A DNA stretch of 64,000 nt from Patescibacteria group bacterium (GTDB lineage: Bacteria; Patescibacteriota; Minisyncoccia; Phycocordibacterales; UBA9973). Below are positions 8,965-18,354 of the stretch, one piece after another. Location of the stretch: positions 133,864 through 197,863 of the forward strand of contig JAZKIP010000001.1 of assembly GCA_040384805.1 (NCBI GenBank). Direction: 5' to 3'. Under the pieces are notes generated by a model. The model was not told where the DNA came from and made no database searches. It saw only the letters and a program-made list of their open reading frames with translations. How positions within the stretch are numbered: the first letter of the stretch is position 1; every line of letters begins with the position of its first letter. A program made the translations under genes and the position numbers.

Positions 8965-9375
8965 CTATTGAGAAAGCTGTGGAACCAAAGTCTTTACCCC
9001 AAACGTATTCGACAGTACCCCAACGACGCCCCACATGCTGATCATAACGAACAGGGCCACGATTCCCCAGATCATGAAGCTTTTGCCCTGTTTCCTTTTC
9101 TCTTCATTGTCGGGATTGAGGAAGTACTGGATCATTCCCCAGATAAAGCCAACAGTCGCCAAGGCGAAAAGAAGCGGGACGATCGATTTGATAAGGAAAC
9201 AGGTCGCCCAATTGAATATTTGCCCGAGCGTCTTAAAGGGCGCTCCGACAGACTTGCACACGTCTACCGCCTGCTGTGCCGTTTCCTGCTGCGTTGGAAC
9301 TCCGTCGATGGCAAATACTGCAAACGGCGCCCATGCTGCGATTAAAAAGCTAAGAATAATGATTTTCCTTTTCAT
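8965..9375 (-). CDS. T4SS-type pilin-like small membrane protein, paralog. Start placed at MKRKIIIL.
   Basis: GFIWGMIQYFLNPDNEEKRKQGKSFMIWGIVALFVMISMWG. Overlaps the upstream paralog by ~26 nt. Confidence 0.5.
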   Translation of the reverse strand: MKRKIIILSFLIAAWAPFAVFAIDGVPTQQETAQQAVDVCKSVGAPFKTLGQIFNWATCFLIKSIVPLLFALATVGFIWGMIQYFLNPDNEEKRKQGKSFMIWGIVALFVMISMWGVVGVLSNTFGVKTLVPQLSQ

Positions 9376-9907
9376 AAAAATATGTTGTTTTTTTAATTTC
9401 ATCGACCGTTCCCTTTATTGCTTCCGCTATGACAAGCGACCCCAGGAGCAATGCCGCCCCGATAATCGTATACAAAAGGGTCGCTTTGGCTTTCTTGAGC
9501 TTCTCGGAGTTGCCGGCAGCCGTCACAAACAGGAATCCCGAATAGATGATCGCCAAAGCGACGATCGGTATGCCAATGATAAGAACGATATTTAAGACAG
9601 TGACAATGAAATCAGGAATGTCTTTGATGCCGTTACCAAGGGGATTTTTGATTCCCGTGTTAATCTTAACGCCGTTTACGTTTACATTTTCTGGGTCCGT
9701 ATTGTCGGCGCCAGCTTTCACGCCATCTGTGTTATCAGCACCGGCTTTAACTTGGCAAGGTTGGCCTGTTTGTGTGTCTTTTCCGTTTACACATTCCGCG
9801 TAGACGGAAAATGTCGGAATGATTACCATACATGCAATTGCGATTATAAATCCGCTTTTGAAAATACGTGCTCTCTTATTCTGTCTATTTTTGTTGAAAA
9901 TTTTCAT
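9350..9907 (-). CDS. Pilin-like membrane protein, paralog with an extended Gly/Asn-rich N-terminal region
   Basis: C-terminal half IVLIIGIPIVALAIIYSGFLFVTAAGNSEKLKKAKATLLYTIIGAALLLGSLVIAEA has the same two-helix/charged-loop layout. The N-terminal region carries a duplicated VKAGADNTD motif. Confidence 0.45.
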   Translation of the reverse strand: MKIFNKNRQNKRARIFKSGFIIAIACMVIIPTFSVYAECVNGKDTQTGQPCQVKAGADNTDGVKAGADNTDPENVNVNGVKINTGIKNPLGNGIKDIPDFIVTVLNIVLIIGIPIVALAIIYSGFLFVTAAGNSEKLKKAKATLLYTIIGAALLLGSLVIAEAIKGTVDEIKKTTYFYEKENHYS

Positions 9908-9952
9908 ATAGTGCTATTAATTGATAATGTCTTGCGCTATTTCTCATAAACG

Positions 9953-11257
9953 CTACCTCTTATTTATCAAATCAAGTTCGCTTGAGGCCTTGGCGACAGC
10001 CGCGCTCATCGAGAGCCTGTTGGAAATGATATTTTGGATCATGCTGTCGAATATAGCGTCAGATGCGATTGTATCGGGGTCGGGCCATGCACGCGATATG
10101 AGACTTGCATTGAAGAATGTGAAAAGATACGGATCAGCCGGTCGAGAGGAGAGGAGCGATCGCAAAGCAGGCGGCAATGACACGGTCGTAGCGAAATTTT
10201 TCGCCGCTTCATCGGACCCTAAAAGAGTCGCGACTCCGAAGGCGATTCCCATGTTCGGGGATTTCTTATTGATCGCAAGGGCATAAATATCGGCGTATGT
10301 GCGCTTGGTGGCAAGTCCTTTAGTCTGAAGGATATCCGTGACGTCGAACGAGAGATTCGGATTTATCGATTGGATTTTAAAAAGTTCGCTTGCATGTCCG
10401 AGATAAAAGGCTTCCCTCCCGCCGGTAAACATATCCAGAGAATTCGGGAGCGATCGATTCCACGCATATGACGACAGTGAGGGATTTGAAAATTCCACAT
10501 AGAATTCAAGAATTTGCTCTGCGACCGATTGCGCTCCGGAAGCAGATGTGGCGCTAAGAACGGACTGGTAACGTGTGTCGCTTCGAGAAACGATCTGGTT
10601 GCCGCTTTGCAACAGGAGAGTTGCGAGGATGTCCTTCGCATTGGCTACGTTTTCGAAGCGCCCCAGACCGATCATGCTTTGGGTGATTGTTCCGTCATCT
10701 GTTCGCTTTGTCAGCCGACCGTTAAGCTCAAAAAGCTCGTTCCAATACGCGGGAGGCGTTGCAATGCCTTCATTGGCCAAGAGATCTTTGTTGTAATATA
10801 AAACCATAGGATCAACGACAAGCGGAAAACCGAGAGTTCCTTCCGTGGTGAGATAAATATCGGCCCCGTCTATGAATGAGGAGCGGAATGATTTCTCAGG
10901 ATAACTTGCGTAAGGAATCGCATAGATGAAATTCCTATTGTTTTGAATCATGTCGGGAGATATGATGAAAAGATCAGGTCCTGTACCGTTGGCGAAAGCC
11001 TCGACCAACTCCTTCTGATATGTCGCCTCTTTTTTTGTCACATAGCTTATCACAAGCTCCTGATTTGTCTCGCTTATTTTGTCGAAAACCTCATGGATTT
11101 CAGGATTGGAAAACGTCCCCCAGATAACCACTTTTCCGACAAGCCCGTTGGACGTATCTGAGGATCCGCCAATATTGATAAGTCCCGAAAAAATCAAAAC
11201 TGCGAAGACAAAAAATGCCATAAAGACGGCCACAAGGATTGTCTGAAAATTATTCAT
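9953..11257 (-). CDS. Extracellular solute-binding protein (family 1, MalE-like), membrane-anchored
   Basis: N-terminal TM anchor, then KVVIWGTF...ELVISYVTK...LVEAFANGTGPDLFIISPDMI, typical of SBP_bac_1. No adjacent permease genes. Confidence 0.55.
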   Translation of the reverse strand: MNNFQTILVAVFMAFFVFAVLIFSGLINIGGSSDTSNGLVGKVVIWGTFSNPEIHEVFDKISETNQELVISYVTKKEATYQKELVEAFANGTGPDLFIISPDMIQNNRNFIYAIPYASYPEKSFRSSFIDGADIYLTTEGTLGFPLVVDPMVLYYNKDLLANEGIATPPAYWNELFELNGRLTKRTDDGTITQSMIGLGRFENVANAKDILATLLLQSGNQIVSRSDTRYQSVLSATSASGAQSVAEQILEFYVEFSNPSLSSYAWNRSLPNSLDMFTGGREAFYLGHASELFKIQSINPNLSFDVTDILQTKGLATKRTYADIYALAINKKSPNMGIAFGVATLLGSDEAAKNFATTVSLPPALRSLLSSRPADPYLFTFFNASLISRAWPDPDTIASDAIFDSMIQNIISNRLSMSAAVAKASSELDLINKR

Positions 11258-11380
11258 CCCGTATGAGATAGGGAACCCTTGGTCTCCCGTGTCTTGTTAA
11301 TTATTATGAGCGGCATAATCATATTCTTTATATTACACTATCTTTTAGAATTCTAACATCACATCTCTAACGGGATTCAT
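11252..11380 (-). promoter_or_regulatory. ~130-nt inverted-repeat leader element, copy 1 (minus strand), enclosing the SBP gene start codon
   Basis: Minus-strand reading: ATGAATCCCGTTAGAGATGTG ... ~90 nt AT-rich ... CCTATCTCATACGGGATGAAT, where ATGAAT is the SBP start. It is homologous to 18219..18354. Confidence 0.45.
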
Positions 11381-11900
11381 GCGTAAAAATTATACCATAT
11401 TGATGGTCGCTTGGGGAGATCGTTTCAGATATTCTAAATCCCCGCCGCTCGAAAAGTTCCCGGGCTTTCTCCGCACTTACGGCATCCCGCCCGCGCGGTC
11501 CGGCAACGGATGATGAACCGTAAAAGTCTACCAGAAGAATCTTTCCGTTTTTAGCGATAATCCGTCGGGCTTCATCGATCAATCCTATTTTATCTTCTGC
11601 TTGAAACAAGACATTGGAAATAATGACGGCATCCATGCTTTTATCGGCAAGCTTGCGTCCATGAAGCTTTTCAACATCCCCCCAAATGCATTCCATGTTT
11701 GAAATTCCTTCCTTGGCAATCTCGCTTTCCAATTTCTTAACCAGACCTTTTTGAACTTCTATAGCATATACCTTTCCCGTATGTCCGACGCGGGCTGCCG
11801 CAGCTTTCGCAAAGAATCCAGAACCCGCCCCGAAATCCGCAACACGCATACCTTCGGTAAGATCAAGCTCTGCCACACATTGTTGCGGATAAGCGAACAT
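11367..11900 (-). CDS. Class I SAM-dependent methyltransferase
   Basis: Motif I VADFGAGSGFFA and the overall Rossmann-fold MTase layout. Confidence 0.75.
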   Translation of the reverse strand: MFAYPQQCVAELDLTEGMRVADFGAGSGFFAKAAAARVGHTGKVYAIEVQKGLVKKLESEIAKEGISNMECIWGDVEKLHGRKLADKSMDAVIISNVLFQAEDKIGLIDEARRIIAKNGKILLVDFYGSSSVAGPRGRDAVSAEKARELFERRGFRISETISPSDHQYGIIFTHESR

Positions 11901-11930
11901 ATATCGATTATTATAGCACGCTCCCCTTAT

Positions 11931-14384
11931 TTATAGACATGTAATGGAGGCGATACTGTCTCCTGGGCGAAGCTTCATAACGGTCACCCCTTGCGTCTGA
12001 CGGCCCGATGTCGGAATTGACGAGAGCTCAACGCGGATAACCTGACCTTTCTGAGAAACAGCAATGATTTGATTTTCATCACCGACAATCTTGGCAACGA
12101 TCAAGGCGCCTGTTTTAGCCGTGACTTTGGCTGTTTTGATTCCCGAACCGCCGCGCTTTTGAGTCTTGTATTCCTTTATGTTCGTTTTCTTGCCGAGGCC
12201 ATTGGCGCCAAGAATCAAAAGAGAAAGATTGGTTTCCCCTTTCGGAACACGGTCAACACCGATGATACTGTCTCCTTTTCCAAGCTTCATGGCACGCACG
12301 CCTCCTGCCGCTCTTCCCATTTCGCGAACATCGGACTCTTTGAATCGTATCGACTGGCCGAGAGCTGTGGCAAGCATGACATCATCTCCCTTATTGACCG
12401 CAAGCACGGCTTCAAGTTCATCTCCCTTCTCAAGCTTGATCGCGATCAAGCCGCTCCGTCGAACATCTTTGAAGCTTTCAGCTGACACTTTTTTGACGAT
12501 ACCCATCTGAGTAACAAGCATCAAATGCTCAACGGTCTTCTTGGCTTCTTTGCCGATCGGAAGTATTGAGGTTACTTTTTCATCTCCTTCAAGTGTCAGA
12601 AAATTCATGACTGATTTTCCTTTTGTCGCGCGCTTGCCTTCGGGGATATCGTACATCTTGATCTGATATGCCTTGCCGCGATTGGTGAAGAAAAGAAGAT
12701 CGCTGTGGGTATTGGCCGACACGAGCATCGTCACGAAATCCTCTTCTTTCGGTTCGATATCTATGACGCCAACACCGCCGCGCTTTTGAGTGCGATATTC
12801 TCCGGGGTCGGTACGTTTGACATATCCGCCTTTGGTAAACACGAGAACTGATTCCTTTTCGGGGATAAGATCTTCTTCGTTGATCGCCTTGACGCCTCCT
12901 TTGACAATGCGGGTCTTTCGTTCATCGGCATATTTGTCCCTGATCTCACGAAGTTCGTCGCCGATCACTTTAAGCATCTTCTTCGGGCTTGCAAGCAAGG
13001 CTTCCAGTTCCGCTATCAATGCCTGTTTTTCTTTCAATTCCAGTTCGACATTCTTGCGTTCAAGACCGGCAAGTTTCTGAAGTCTCATTTCAAGGATAGC
13101 GGTTGCCTGAAGATCCGAGAATTTAAACTCTTTCATCAGATTCATCTTGGCAGCAAGCGTGTCTTTCGATCCGCGAATCACCGAGATGACGCGGTCAATG
13201 TGATCAAGCGCTTTTTTAAGACCAAGAAGGATATGTTCGCGATCCTTTGCTTTTTGAAGGTCAAATTCAGTGCGGCGGCGAACGACAACGGTACGGTGAG
13301 TGATAAATTCAGAAAGCAAACTCTTAAGCGACAATGTCTGGGGAACGCCATCGACAAGAGCGACAATGTTGAAATTGAATGATTGTTCAAGCTGGGTGTG
13401 CTTGTATATATAATTGAGGACCTTTTGAGGAAAGACCCCGGATTTAAGATCAATGGCAATCCTCATATCCTTTGCAGACTCGTCGCGCAGGCCCTTGATG
13501 CCTTCGAGCTTCTTTTCCTGAATAAGACCTGCAATTGATTCGATCAAGACGGATTTATTAACGCGATACGGAATCGACGTAATGATGATCTGAAAGAGGC
13601 CGTTCTTCTGTTCCACGATTTCCGCTTCTCCGCGCGTTACCACCCCGCCGCGGCCTGTCGAATACGCATGAACAAGATCCGCCTGACCGTATACGATTCC
13701 GCCTGTTGGAAAATCAGGGCCTTTGATGAACTGCATCAGGTCTTCCGTCGTTGCATCCTTATTGTCGATCAAATGAATAGTTGCATCAATCGTCTCGGCA
13801 AGATTGTGCGGCGGGATGTTCGTGGCCATCCCGACAGCGATACCGAGAGTACCGTTAAGAAGGAGACTGGGAACGGCAGTCGGAAGGACAGCGGGCTCTT
13901 TGCGGGTCTGATCGTAGTTTGGACGAAAATCAACTGTTTCCTTTTCAAGATCAAGAAGAAGGAGAGATGACAAACGCGACATTTTCGCTTCCGTATAACG
14001 CATCGCGGCCGCATTGTCCCCGTCGATCGAGCCGAAGTTTCCCTGACCGAAGATCAGAGGATAGCGGTACGAGAAATCCTGAGCCATATTGACCATCGAA
14101 TCGTAAACAGCAACGTCACCATGCGGGTGATATTTTCCGAGAACGTCTCCCACGACCGCCGCGCTTTTGCGGAAACGGCTTTGGTACGTCAATCCCATTT
14201 CGTGCATCGCATACAGGATACGGCGGTGAACGGGTTTTAATCCATCGCGCACATCGGGTAAAGCGCGATCGGTAATAACCGACATCGCGTAATCAATGAA
14301 TGAATCTTTCATTTCAGAACTGATATTGACCGAAATGACACTCGCATGTTCAGTTTTAACCTCTTCTTTTTTTTCTTTCGCCAT
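11931..14384 (-). CDS. gyrA: DNA gyrase subunit A
   Basis: [28 protein letters not shown] (active-site Tyr region), the [12 protein letters not shown] motif, and a C-terminal beta-pinwheel repeat region. 817 aa. Confidence 0.95.
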   Translation of the reverse strand: MAKEKKEEVKTEHASVISVNISSEMKDSFIDYAMSVITDRALPDVRDGLKPVHRRILYAMHEMGLTYQSRFRKSAAVVGDVLGKYHPHGDVAVYDSMVNMAQDFSYRYPLIFGQGNFGSIDGDNAAAMRYTEAKMSRLSSLLLLDLEKETVDFRPNYDQTRKEPAVLPTAVPSLLLNGTLGIAVGMATNIPPHNLAETIDATIHLIDNKDATTEDLMQFIKGPDFPTGGIVYGQADLVHAYSTGRGGVVTRGEAEIVEQKNGLFQIIITSIPYRVNKSVLIESIAGLIQEKKLEGIKGLRDESAKDMRIAIDLKSGVFPQKVLNYIYKHTQLEQSFNFNIVALVDGVPQTLSLKSLLSEFITHRTVVVRRRTEFDLQKAKDREHILLGLKKALDHIDRVISVIRGSKDTLAAKMNLMKEFKFSDLQATAILEMRLQKLAGLERKNVELELKEKQALIAELEALLASPKKMLKVIGDELREIRDKYADERKTRIVKGGVKAINEEDLIPEKESVLVFTKGGYVKRTDPGEYRTQKRGGVGVIDIEPKEEDFVTMLVSANTHSDLLFFTNRGKAYQIKMYDIPEGKRATKGKSVMNFLTLEGDEKVTSILPIGKEAKKTVEHLMLVTQMGIVKKVSAESFKDVRRSGLIAIKLEKGDELEAVLAVNKGDDVMLATALGQSIRFKESDVREMGRAAGGVRAMKLGKGDSIIGVDRVPKGETNLSLLILGANGLGKKTNIKEYKTQKRGGSGIKTAKVTAKTGALIVAKIVGDENQIIAVSQKGQVIRVELSSIPTSGRQTQGVTVMKLRPGDSIASITCL

Positions 14385-14392
14385 AATTAATT

Positions 14393-14707
14393 TTATTCAG
14401 TTGCAGGATGATCGACAACGATAAGATCCACCTGTTTTTCTCCGGATATATCCTTATCTCCCGAAAATGAAATGTTCCCGACGCTTGCGCTTATGTTTTG
14501 ATATGCGCTTGAGACCGAATTTTTAAAAAGCGCGAAAGGTTTCAAGGATGACTCGGAAGATGCCTGAGTACGCGGACGGGATTCATGGGCGGAAAGCCCG
14601 TACACCCACACGGAACCGACAAGAAACATCGACACCGCCAGAATGCCGACAAGTATCTGCTTGCGAACATGCTCGGGCTTTGACTGCAGTTTTTTTACGT
14701 AATGCAT
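14393..14707 (-). CDS. Hypothetical small membrane protein
   Basis: Single TM helix [21 protein letters not shown]. Immediately upstream of gyrA. Confidence 0.4.
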   Translation of the reverse strand: MHYVKKLQSKPEHVRKQILVGILAVSMFLVGSVWVYGLSAHESRPRTQASSESSLKPFALFKNSVSSAYQNISASVGNISFSGDKDISGEKQVDLIVVDHPATE

Positions 14708-14721
14708 ATAATAAATATTCC

Positions 14722-15348
14722 TTATGATGATAATACTATGATCTCGCCCTCCCGACCGGAGAGCTCTTTTGCTTTGATTGTCAACTTGTCGATTGGCTTT
14801 ACCGTGTCCTGACCTCCTTCTTTAAGAAATGCCTTGAGAGTTTTGTCGTCATAATCCATCGGAATAATGATCTTGGGCTCTAAAGATACGGCAAGCTTGT
14901 ACGCTTCGGCCGTTGTCATCAGTTCTTCATTTCCAACCGGTACGAAGATAATGTCCGAAGACTCAATTTGTCCGCGAACTGCCGCATCAATCTTTTTTGA
15001 AGAAATTGCACCGAGAAAGCAAAGGGAAATATTTTCAATTGTTAACATATAGATCGTATTAATATATTTCTTTTTATCGATGGTCGTTTCAGTCATGATT
15101 CCCTTGATAAAAATATCTCGGATCTCGTAGTCTCCGGGACCATGGATCGCAAAGGGTACCGTTTCTCCATGAGAAACCGATTCAAAACCGTTGTAATCGG
15201 GGTGATTTATGGTCGAAAGAGCGATCGCCGAACCGAATCGGGATATTTTGGAACTGTCTTTCGATTCGCGGCTTATCGGATTGAATGCCACAACGAGATC
15301 TCCTTGCTGTATTTTGAAGAATTGCTTGCCGAGATAGCTGATGATCAT
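14722..15348 (-). CDS. MBL-fold metal-dependent hydrolase-like protein (UPF0173-like), degenerate metal motif
   Basis: The N-terminus MIISYLGKQFFKIQQGDLVVAFNP resembles the MKITWLGHSAFLIE...ILIDP start of UPF0173/MBL-fold hydrolases. INHPDYNG sits where the HxHxDH motif would be. Confidence 0.45.
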   Translation of the reverse strand: MIISYLGKQFFKIQQGDLVVAFNPISRESKDSSKISRFGSAIALSTINHPDYNGFESVSHGETVPFAIHGPGDYEIRDIFIKGIMTETTIDKKKYINTIYMLTIENISLCFLGAISSKKIDAAVRGQIESSDIIFVPVGNEELMTTAEAYKLAVSLEPKIIIPMDYDDKTLKAFLKEGGQDTVKPIDKLTIKAKELSGREGEIIVLSS

Positions 15349-15650
15349 GGATGCATTATACCAGATTTTACCTAAATAAAAAGGGCATGACTGGAGTCAC
15401 ACCCTTTCCCCTTTTATTTGCCATCTTTTAACCTCAGCTATATTAAATCAAAATAAAAGATAAAAATCAAGAGACCCTTGTGCCATGTTGCAATGTCTGA
15501 ATATATGTAGTATAGTTCTCCTATTATTAAGCCCAGGTGAAGGATAGCCCTTTTACATGATCTCGGTGGCGAGACAGGCAAAAGACCCTCATCTGCGCCG
15601 CGGATCCTGATAGTTTTATCAGGAAGAGCGGTTTTTTTAATTTTATATAT

Positions 15651-16793
15651 ATGAAAAACGAAGAAGATAAAGATACTGTCGCAAGCATTGCGGAACATGC
15701 CAAGATAGAGCTCTCGAGCATCGGAAAGATGCTCGATAAGGCCGAAACTCCTCCTCAGGTGGATATGCTTGTCGAAGGTCCCGTGATCTCGATCCAAAAG
15801 TCATCTGTCTATATCGATCTTGCACCATTCGGCACAGGTATCATCTACGGCCGCGAATTCATCAATGCCAAAGACATCATCAAGAAGGTAAATATCGGCG
15901 ATGTCGTTAAAGCCAAGATCGTTTCAACCGACAACGACGAAGGCTACATAGAGCTATCGCTCAAGGAAGCAAAGCAGGCTCTCATCTGGAGCGAAGCCGA
16001 CAAGGCGATCAAATCAAAACAGCCGTTGGAACTCACGGTAAAGGAAGCAAACAAAGGCGGGCTTATTCTTGAATGGCAGGGAATCCAGGGATTTCTTCCC
16101 GCATCGCAGCTTAAAAGCGAACATTATCCCCGTGTCGAAGATTCCGACAAAGACAAGATACTCAAGGCTCTCAAGCAGCTTGTCGGCAAGAGAATCAATG
16201 TGGTCATGATCTCAGCGCTTCCCAAGGAAGGCAAGCTCATCTTCTCCGAGAAAGACAATAATCCGGAAGAACGAAAAGAGATTATCGGCAAATACGCGGT
16301 TGGCGAAGAACTCGACTGCACTGTCGCCGGAATCGTTGATTTCGGCGTCTTCCTCAAGATTGAAGACGGCCTTGAAGGACTTGTTCATATCTCTGAGATA
16401 GACTGGGGTCTCGTTGAAGATCCGCGAACCATGTTCAAAGTCGGCGACACGGTAAAGGCGAAAATTATCGAGATCAAAGAGGGCAAGATCTCTCTTTCAA
16501 TCAAGACGTTAAAGGAAAACCCATGGAATGAATTCGAGAATTCTCTTAAAAAGGGCGATATCGTCTCGGGAGTAGTGATCAAATTCAACAAGCACGGGGC
16601 TCTCGTGTCGATCAAGCAAGGGGTTGCCGGACTCGTCCACAATTCAAGCTTCGGTTCCGAAGAGAAGCTGAAGAAAACTCTTGAACTCGGAAAAACTTAC
16701 AATTTCCAGGTCACCCTTTTCGAACCGAAGGACCAACGTATGACTCTTGTCTATCTTGATAAAGAAGCAGGTGCTGCAACGGAAAGTAAATAA
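15651..16793 (+). CDS. rpsA: 30S ribosomal protein S1 (four S1 domains)
   Basis: Repeated S1/OB motifs: GDVVKAKIVSTDNDEGYIELSLKEA, GKRINVVMIS, GDTVKAKIIEIKEGKISLSIK, GDIVSGVVIKFNKHGALVSI. Confidence 0.85.
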   Translation: MKNEEDKDTVASIAEHAKIELSSIGKMLDKAETPPQVDMLVEGPVISIQKSSVYIDLAPFGTGIIYGREFINAKDIIKKVNIGDVVKAKIVSTDNDEGYIELSLKEAKQALIWSEADKAIKSKQPLELTVKEANKGGLILEWQGIQGFLPASQLKSEHYPRVEDSDKDKILKALKQLVGKRINVVMISALPKEGKLIFSEKDNNPEERKEIIGKYAVGEELDCTVAGIVDFGVFLKIEDGLEGLVHISEIDWGLVEDPRTMFKVGDTVKAKIIEIKEGKISLSIKTLKENPWNEFENSLKKGDIVSGVVIKFNKHGALVSIKQGVAGLVHNSSFGSEEKLKKTLELGKTYNFQVTLFEPKDQRMTLVYLDKEAGAATESK

Positions 16794-16801
16794 GATACAT
16801 T

Positions 16802-16830
16802 AAATCACCCCGATCTGATCGGGGTGATTT
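16802..16830. terminator. Bidirectional terminator between rpsA and pth
   Basis: Perfect hairpin AAATCACCCCGATCTGATCGGGGTGATTT. Confidence 0.6.
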
Positions 16831-16870
16831 AAATTTGTGCTGTAAGGCACAATCGATCGGCATTTATACA

Positions 16871-17461
16871 TTAGGAATTATACAGACTCATCGCCTTGTC
16901 TTTTCCGTCTTCTGCAATACAGGAAATGATCGAGGCAACCGTCTTGGACAATTTTTTTAGTGTCTTTTGTTCATCTTCTTTAAAGTTGCCAAGGAGAAAT
17001 GTAAGAACAGCCGCTTCCCCTTTAGGCTTGCGTATCTTTCCGTTCGGAGTATGAGGAGAAACGCCAATGCGGATACGAATGAATTCCCGTGATTTTACTT
17101 TCTTAATGATCGATTCCACGCCATTATGTCCTCCCGAACTTCTATTGAAAGATATTTTCAGGCTGCCAACGGCAAGATCAAGATCATCGTAGATGACCAC
17201 AAGCCCGGAGAGTTTCTTGGGAGAATCAATCAAGGGAACGACGGCACTCCCTGAATTATTCATAAAAGTGTTCGGGAGGATAATTTCCATTTTATTATTT
17301 TCAATGCTGCCTTTTGCGCGCAGGAATTTTAATTTCATATCGTTTTTCCACTCGGAAAAATCATATTCCTTCGCGATATGCTCAAGAATAATACGTCCCG
17401 CATTATGTCGGGTTTTTTCATATTCTTTTCCTGGGTTACCAAGACCGACAAGAAGTAGCAT
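16871..17461 (-). CDS. pth: Peptidyl-tRNA hydrolase
   Basis: N-terminal LLVGLGNPGKEYEKTRHNAG signature. Confidence 0.9.
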   Translation of the reverse strand: MLLLVGLGNPGKEYEKTRHNAGRIILEHIAKEYDFSEWKNDMKLKFLRAKGSIENNKMEIILPNTFMNNSGSAVVPLIDSPKKLSGLVVIYDDLDLAVGSLKISFNRSSGGHNGVESIIKKVKSREFIRIRIGVSPHTPNGKIRKPKGEAAVLTFLLGNFKEDEQKTLKKLSKTVASIISCIAEDGKDKAMSLYNS

Positions 17462-17596
17462 ACAGTGAGTGTAGACTAATATTTTTGAAATATCAATCTT
17501 ATCTTTTTTAAAAAATTCTAAATTTTTCTTAAAAATTACCAGAACATATAAACATCTATTCCGTCAATGGGTATTGTATGGTAAAATAACGCCTAT

Positions 17597-18205
17597 ATGG
17601 AAAATAAAACCGAAAAATCGGATACTCACATGCCTCAAGAAAAAAAGTCGAACTTCAGCAAGCATATGGCAAGCGCATGGGATCTGGTCAAATTCGCCGC
17701 TATCGCCCTTGCAATCGTCATTCCTATCCGGACTTTCGTCGCGCAACCATTCGTGGTGAATGGCGAATCCATGTTCCCTACATTCGATAACGGACAATAC
17801 CTTATCGTCGATGAACTCTCGTACATCATCGGAGAACCGGAGCGCGGCGATGTTGTCATTTTTCGATACCCAAAAGATCCTTCGCGGTATTTCATTAAAA
17901 GAGTTATCGGTCTCCCGAATGAGGAAGTCAGCATTTCCGGCGGCACGGTTACCGTGTTCAATAAAGATAGCGAAAAAGGCTTTATTCTTTCTGAGCCTTA
18001 CCTCAACGAGAACTTCCGCACGGAAGGGACCTATACGACCGGAAACGATGAATACTTCGTGATGGGAGACAATCGAAACGCAAGTTCCGATTCGCGGCTC
18101 TGGGGAATTCTTCCTCGCAAGCTCATGATCGGGCGCGCCTATCTGCGGCTTCTGCCGGTTAAAAGCATGTCATATCTTCCGGGAGAATATAAGCAGGTTC
18201 AATAA
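17597..18205 (+). CDS. lepB: Signal peptidase I
   Basis: GESMFPTF (catalytic Ser box), RGDVVIF, KRVIGLPNE, and the YFVMGDNRNASSDSRLWG boxes. Confidence 0.9.
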   Translation: MENKTEKSDTHMPQEKKSNFSKHMASAWDLVKFAAIALAIVIPIRTFVAQPFVVNGESMFPTFDNGQYLIVDELSYIIGEPERGDVVIFRYPKDPSRYFIKRVIGLPNEEVSISGGTVTVFNKDSEKGFILSEPYLNENFRTEGTYTTGNDEYFVMGDNRNASSDSRLWGILPRKLMIGRAYLRLLPVKSMSYLPGEYKQVQ

Positions 18206-18218
18206 GATGAAAAATAAA

Positions 18219-18354
18219 ATGAATCCCGTATGAGATGTGCTTGTGGGATCATGAAAGATATATAAGAAAGATTACCAGTACGAGTATTACTAAGATTTAA
18301 TTAACAAGATACGGAAGACTTACGCAAAAGCTTCCTATCTCATACGGGATGAAT
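18219..18354 (+). promoter_or_regulatory. ~130-nt inverted-repeat leader element, copy 2, between lepB and hisS. Its right arm contains the hisS start codon.
   Basis: AATGAATCCCGTATGAGATGTG ... 91 nt ... CCTATCTCATACGGGATGAAT. The 14-nt arms ATCCCGTATGAGAT / ATCTCATACGGGAT are perfectly complementary. The internal sequence shares AATTAACAAGATACGGAAGAC with copy 1 (19/21 identical). Confidence 0.45.

Noticed and set aside
8333-9803. Plus-strand ORFs antisense to the pilin-like genes, and similar antisense ORFs inside gyrA, guaB, the ABC exporter, dnaE and secA
   Set aside because: They are embedded in the opposite strand of well-supported genes with clear homology. They are low-complexity or Arg/Ser-rich and typical of spurious antisense frames.
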